Source: Candidatus Poribacteria bacterium
Lineage (GTDB): Bacteria; Poribacteria; WGA-4E; PCPOR2b
Assembly (NCBI GenBank): GCA_965222435.1
Contig: OZ244950.1
Location: 5,547,983-5,611,982, forward strand
DNA length: 64,000 nt
Direction: 5' to 3'
Under the pieces are notes generated by a model. It was not told the DNA's origin, did no database searches, and saw nothing but the letters and a program-made list of their open reading frames with translations. This document shows, piece after piece, positions 60,374 through 64,000 of the stretch (position 1 is the stretch's first letter; every line of letters starts with the position of its first letter). A program made the position numbers and the translations under genes.

Positions 60374-60769
60374 ATGAGACTCATGTTTGTGTTGTTATTA
60401 GCATTAGCGATTGGCTGTGATAATAATCAGAGAGTTACCCCTTTAGGACACCCTGCACTTGATAAACATGGTGCTGGAGATGAAGAATCGGGGACGCAAT
60501 ACACTAAAGATGAGGTTTACGACCAGACGAGAGGTGAAGCAAGATTGGTAATTGCTTATGACCCAATACTCAAGGCGTTTACTGGTACAGTAGAAAACAT
60601 ATCTGATTCAGTTTTGCCTAATGTGAGAATTGAGGTACACCTTTCTAATGGTGTAGAACTCGGTCCAACAGTACCAAAGAATCTTGCTCCGATGGAAAAG
60701 GTTGAAGTTATCCTTGATGCTACAGGACAGGCTTTTGATACTTGGTCTGCACATGCGGAAATTGGATAA
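60374..60769 (+). CDS. Small lipoprotein (paralog 1 of a tandem pair)
   Basis: The ATG at 60374 is preceded by AAAGGAG, so it is preferred over the ORF-track start at 60263. Lipobox LAIGCD. The C-terminal 60 aa are colinear with the next gene. Confidence 0.5.
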   Translation: MRLMFVLLLALAIGCDNNQRVTPLGHPALDKHGAGDEESGTQYTKDEVYDQTRGEARLVIAYDPILKAFTGTVENISDSVLPNVRIEVHLSNGVELGPTVPKNLAPMEKVEVILDATGQAFDTWSAHAEIG

Positions 60770-60824
60770 ACCAATCACGTCTCAGAAATAGAACTAACTA
60801 TTCTGATTTAACAGAGGATACGGA

Positions 60825-61253
60825 TTGAAAATTATAGTAGTTTTATTAGTGATTTCATCAATAGTAAGTGGTTGCGAGTTTAGTGATGACCCAAGCACAG
60901 GGGAAGGTTTTACTTTTGGCTTCAGACCTCCTGACCCTCCCAAGAAGATTCCTTTTAATGAGAAGTCAACTATGACTTCTAAACTTGCTATTGATGAAAG
61001 ATATGCCAGAGTAGAGAACATTGGTATCAGATTGGTTCTCTCTTATGATTCCGTACAATCAGCATTTGTTGGTTCAATGGAAAATGTTACTGATAGGGTA
61101 CTGCTGAATGTACGAGTTGAAATACAACTCTCAAATGGTGTTGTATTTAAGAATAAGCCATATAACCTTGCCCCGTCGGCAAAGATTGGTATTTTCATTG
61201 ATACCACAGGACAAGACTTTGAGACTTGGACAATTCATGCAAAGATAGATTAG
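60825..61253 (+). CDS. Small lipoprotein (paralog 2 of the tandem pair)
   Basis: TTG start with GAGGA upstream. Lipobox VSGCEF. The C-terminal region ...NVRVEIQLSNGVVF...LAPSAKIGIFIDTTGQDFETWTIHAKID parallels ...NVRIEVHLSNGVELG...LAPMEKVEVILDATGQAFDTWSAHAEIG in paralog 1. Confidence 0.5.
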   Translation: MKIIVVLLVISSIVSGCEFSDDPSTGEGFTFGFRPPDPPKKIPFNEKSTMTSKLAIDERYARVENIGIRLVLSYDSVQSAFVGSMENVTDRVLLNVRVEIQLSNGVVFKNKPYNLAPSAKIGIFIDTTGQDFETWTIHAKID

Positions 61254-62041
61254 TGCCACTTTTATACACCTTCCTCAGTCATAGTGTCTTTAGAATTCTA
61301 TCTTATTGACACCTTAGACTCTCCTATTCTCTTACCAGCGCAGATAATATCTACGCATCAATCAAAGATTGCTCTTTGATGATTTCCACAGAAGCGATTG
61401 GGGTAGGTCTTGGCTATACTCCGACAGCATTGGATTTACGATAGAAGCATTTTGGAAACTCCTATCCCTACTGCCTACTTTATTAGTTACAGGCTGGTAT
61501 CTAATCAGTCCAGTGGACTGCTCAATCAAAGCGCAAGATTGCTACTTGCCCTGCTAACGCAGAAATCTTTGATGAGGGATTAACCTGTTCGACATTTACG
61601 AAGCGTCATGCGCCAATTCATCTTTCGATTTAACCAAGAGGACATGAATTGTTCAAACGGATATACACTTAGGCAGTGGTTTTGATGCCCTTAATTGGTC
61701 ATCGGCTGAAAGTCAAAATTGTGGGTTTTGGGACTTCCGCCTCACTGCCACTATTAAGACTCTCCTACCCAATATCGGTTGAGAAATCCTTGTCCCCATC
61801 TACCAATCTAACCTGACATACTCTTAGAGATTCCATTGTATCTTGTGAGCATTTGCCTTGTCCCCTTGCTTTCCACGATGGCTTTTCAGCGTGTCCCGTA
61901 TGTACACTTGGGTAGAGGCACGGATAACTTCAGAAAAGTTATCGGCAGGGTTGTCATCAATCGGAGTAGTGGGACAACTGCCCCTCTATCCCTTGTTTGA
62001 CGACCTATGCACTCATCGGTTGAGTAATATGATTGCTTCAT

Positions 62042-62088
62042 CGCAACAGATTCCTTGTGTGGAAACCCCACACAAGGAATCTGTTGCG
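62042..62088. repeat. 21 bp-stem perfect palindrome (CGCAACAGATTCCTTGTGTGG-aaacc-CCACACAAGGAATCTGTTGCG) in a 1.3 kb noncoding tract
   Basis: Read directly from the sequence. No T-run follows on either strand, so it is not a classical intrinsic terminator. Confidence 0.65.
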
Positions 62089-62635
62089 AATAGGCGCACC
62101 CAAAAGTTTGCCATATTGTAGCACAAACCGAATTTTTATACAAGCAAAATTCTGTCTTATCACTTGCAGAAGGATGTGCTTTTGGATTCTATCCCGCTAT
62201 TTGTTGCCAGCTGAATGCAGATTGTTCGAGATAATTGTTTCAGGAGCCTTGCCTTTTCCTTAAAAAATCCGTCAAATTAGGCATATCCAAGCATGTATCA
62301 ACCCATTCGTGAACCCGCCCAGCTTAGAAGGGGCGAAATGTCTAGTTATTGGTCGGCAATCGCTTGTCGCTAATTGTGCAATTTAGGAGTTACGCAGTTA
62401 AAGTGTAAGGGTTGAGCCAAATATGATCCCGTACTCTACCATAATCCAAATCCATAATCAACAAGAATCTCAACTATAAGATAAAAACAAGGTGTAATTG
62501 TTTGTAAACTTTTGTAACTTTTTGTAATACGATTAGTAGTCTATAGCAAAACCCTCAATTCTGAAATGGAAACAATTCTCGCGTTTTCGCGTGTAAAATG
62601 GGGAATTTCTACACAAATAGAAAGGGATAACGACA

Positions 62636-63675
62636 TGGAAAAAATTGGCGTCGGGATTATTGGGTTAGGGATGGGAAAATCAATGTTCGGGATTCGACAG
62701 ATTCCCGAAACCACTCTGGAAATTCGGGGGATTTGCGATACAGATGCGGATCGGCTGGAAAACATCCGCACAGAACATAATGTTCCGTTTGCAACGATGG
62801 ATTACCAAGAATTGCTTCAGCGTGATGAAATCGACATCGTTGGTATCTACACGCCGGATCCGCTTCACGCACAGCATTGCCTTGATGTTCTTGATTGTGG
62901 TAAGCATGTAATCTGCACAAAAGGCTTTGTTGACAGTCTCGACGATGCGGTTCGTGTATTACAGAGGACGCGGGAAACCGGTTTGAAACTCATGGTTGGA
63001 CAGACCTGTCGCTTTCGACCAGACTTCATGCACACGCACCGATTAATGGAGTCTGGCAGACTTGGCAATATCGTCGCAGCCGAAGCCCACTACGTGCACG
63101 ATATGCGCGGCGTGCTCACAGCGACACCTTGGAGATACCAGATGCCTCAGAAAACGCTCTACGGTGGACTGTGCCATCCAATGGATTTGATTATCTGGTT
63201 TCTCGGTTTCCCTAGTGCCGTACATGCGATTGCCCACGAAAGCGGAATTGATGAGCGATATCCGTCAGGCGAAGGACATTTCAATGACAACTGGATAGTC
63301 AATCTAATCTATGAGGATGGGCGACTCGGACGTGTACTAGGACTGTATGGACTCTGTCATCCACCGATGCCAATGCTGGGACTATCAGTTTACGGGACTG
63401 CCGGCAGTGTTGTCAATGGGGGCGCGATTTTCGATGATAATCATCGCAACGTCATCCCCGTCGAAGATGCCGCTTCTATGAGGACAGATGAGATTGCCGA
63501 TGTCGGACATATCGGCGAAGTGGTGCGTTATATGCTACATTTTGAAGACTGCCTCAAGCACGACAAACAACCGCTAATCAACGCAGAGGTCGGTACGAAG
63601 GTCGTCGCTGTATTAGATGCGTGCGAGCGGTCTGCAAGAAGCGGAAAGGTGGAAAGGGTGCAGGCAGCCTTTTAG
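62636..63675 (+). CDS. Gfo/Idh/MocA family NAD(P)-dependent oxidoreductase
   Basis: Starts MEKIGVGIIGLGMGKSM, a Rossmann GxGxxG motif. The length is about 346 aa from this Met, and the ORF-track start at 62566 is probably too early. The C-terminal dimerisation/substrate domain is present. Confidence 0.8.
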
Positions 63676-63787
63676 CCAACCCGCAAACACTACAACAGAT
63701 TCAGGGGTTCAAGGATTCATTGAGCCCCTGAATGCAAATTGGAGTTGCGTAAAATCAAAAAATGAACGAGCTACACTAGCAGAGAAC

Positions 63788-64000
63788 TTACCCACGCGAA
63801 GGTTCGTTCATTGTTTCCCGCGCTTTCTGAGCCAGTTCAGCGAGATGCCCATCGTTAGCCATCACCTGTTCTAGGTGAACTATCCGTTCCGGCCCCGCAG
63901 TGCCAACCATCTTCGGACCATACTTGCGGTCAATCCAGAAGCGTGCCGAGTTGCCGACGTAGGTGCGTAGATCGTCCAAACGGTTTTCAGGATAACGTTC
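63788..64000 (-). CDS. Hypothetical protein, C-terminal part only (the gene starts beyond the right edge)
   Basis: The open frame continues to position 64000. GC and codon usage match the core genome. Confidence 0.35.
   Translation of the reverse strand, partial: ERYPENRLDDLRTYVGNSARFWIDRKYGPKMVGTAGPERIVHLEQVMANDGHLAELAQKARETMNEPSRG

Noticed and set aside
1-64000. tRNA, rRNA, tmRNA, RNase P RNA and CRISPR arrays
   Set aside because: I looked for T-loop GGTTCGAnTCC motifs, RNase P P4/GNRA signatures, the tmRNA terminal CCACCA with a tag ORF, and regular short direct repeats. None were found by eye. A covariance-model scan would be needed to rule out divergent RNAs in the 9.0-9.6 kb and 61.3-62.6 kb regions.

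Overview
This 64 kb contig has about 52% GC and is almost entirely coding on the minus strand between 26 and 60 kb. It looks like an uncultured environmental bacterium rich in secreted, eukaryote-like repeat proteins (FG-GAP and WD40 beta-propellers, cohesin, dockerin, Reg_prop). I could not identify any tRNA, rRNA or CRISPR array.

The left 12 kb is ordinary housekeeping and metabolism: an amidase, a VWA protein, an MFS transporter, a PhyH-type dioxygenase, D-galactonate dehydratase, TatD and a TPR protein. A partial secreted protein runs off the left edge, and a secreted LamG-like protein lies just beyond.

The rest is accessory-looking.
- 13.1-20.3 kb: four tandem, co-oriented paralogs of a secreted 7-bladed FG-GAP-like propeller protein. 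All four end in the same C-terminal sorting-type domain (NFPNPFNPETWIPY ... GVYFYTL ... K), which resembles a T9SS type-A CTD. Two of the spacers are identical and the gene termini are near-identical at nucleotide level.
- 20.4-29.8 kb: a fused MFS/spermidine-synthase/TPR protein and a SAM methyltransferase are followed by a regulatory cassette. It contains a CHASE2 histidine kinase, an NtrC-type sigma54 activator and a sigma70-family factor whose gene is preceded by a perfect sigma54 promoter.
- 29.9-39.4 kb: a FecR-like secreted protein, a FadL/PorV-like beta-barrel fused to a transglutaminase-like domain, a 1235 aa Reg_prop protein, and a WD40-cohesin-dockerin protein carrying the same CTD.
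- 39.5-52.8 kb: four paralogs of an approximately 750 aa CBM9-like/DUF5916-type secreted protein. They are interrupted by a module containing a PH-domain/zinc-ribbon ABC exporter, a small partner protein and a BNR-repeat protein.
- 52.9-56.6 kb: envelope proteins, including a beta-barrel OMP and an OmpA-family lipoprotein, and two methyltransferases.
- 56.6-62.5 kb: a low-GC island. It holds small secreted proteins and lipoproteins, a degenerate group II intron (domain V present; RT, maturase and HNH split by two frameshifts), a candidate 26 aa hydrophobic peptide with a strong SD, and 1.3 kb of noncoding DNA containing a 21 bp perfect palindrome.

I do not see a canonical defence system. The most novel-looking signals are the CTD-cargo arrays with a candidate PorV-like/transglutaminase fusion, the sigma54-driven sigma-factor cascade, and the low-GC island.
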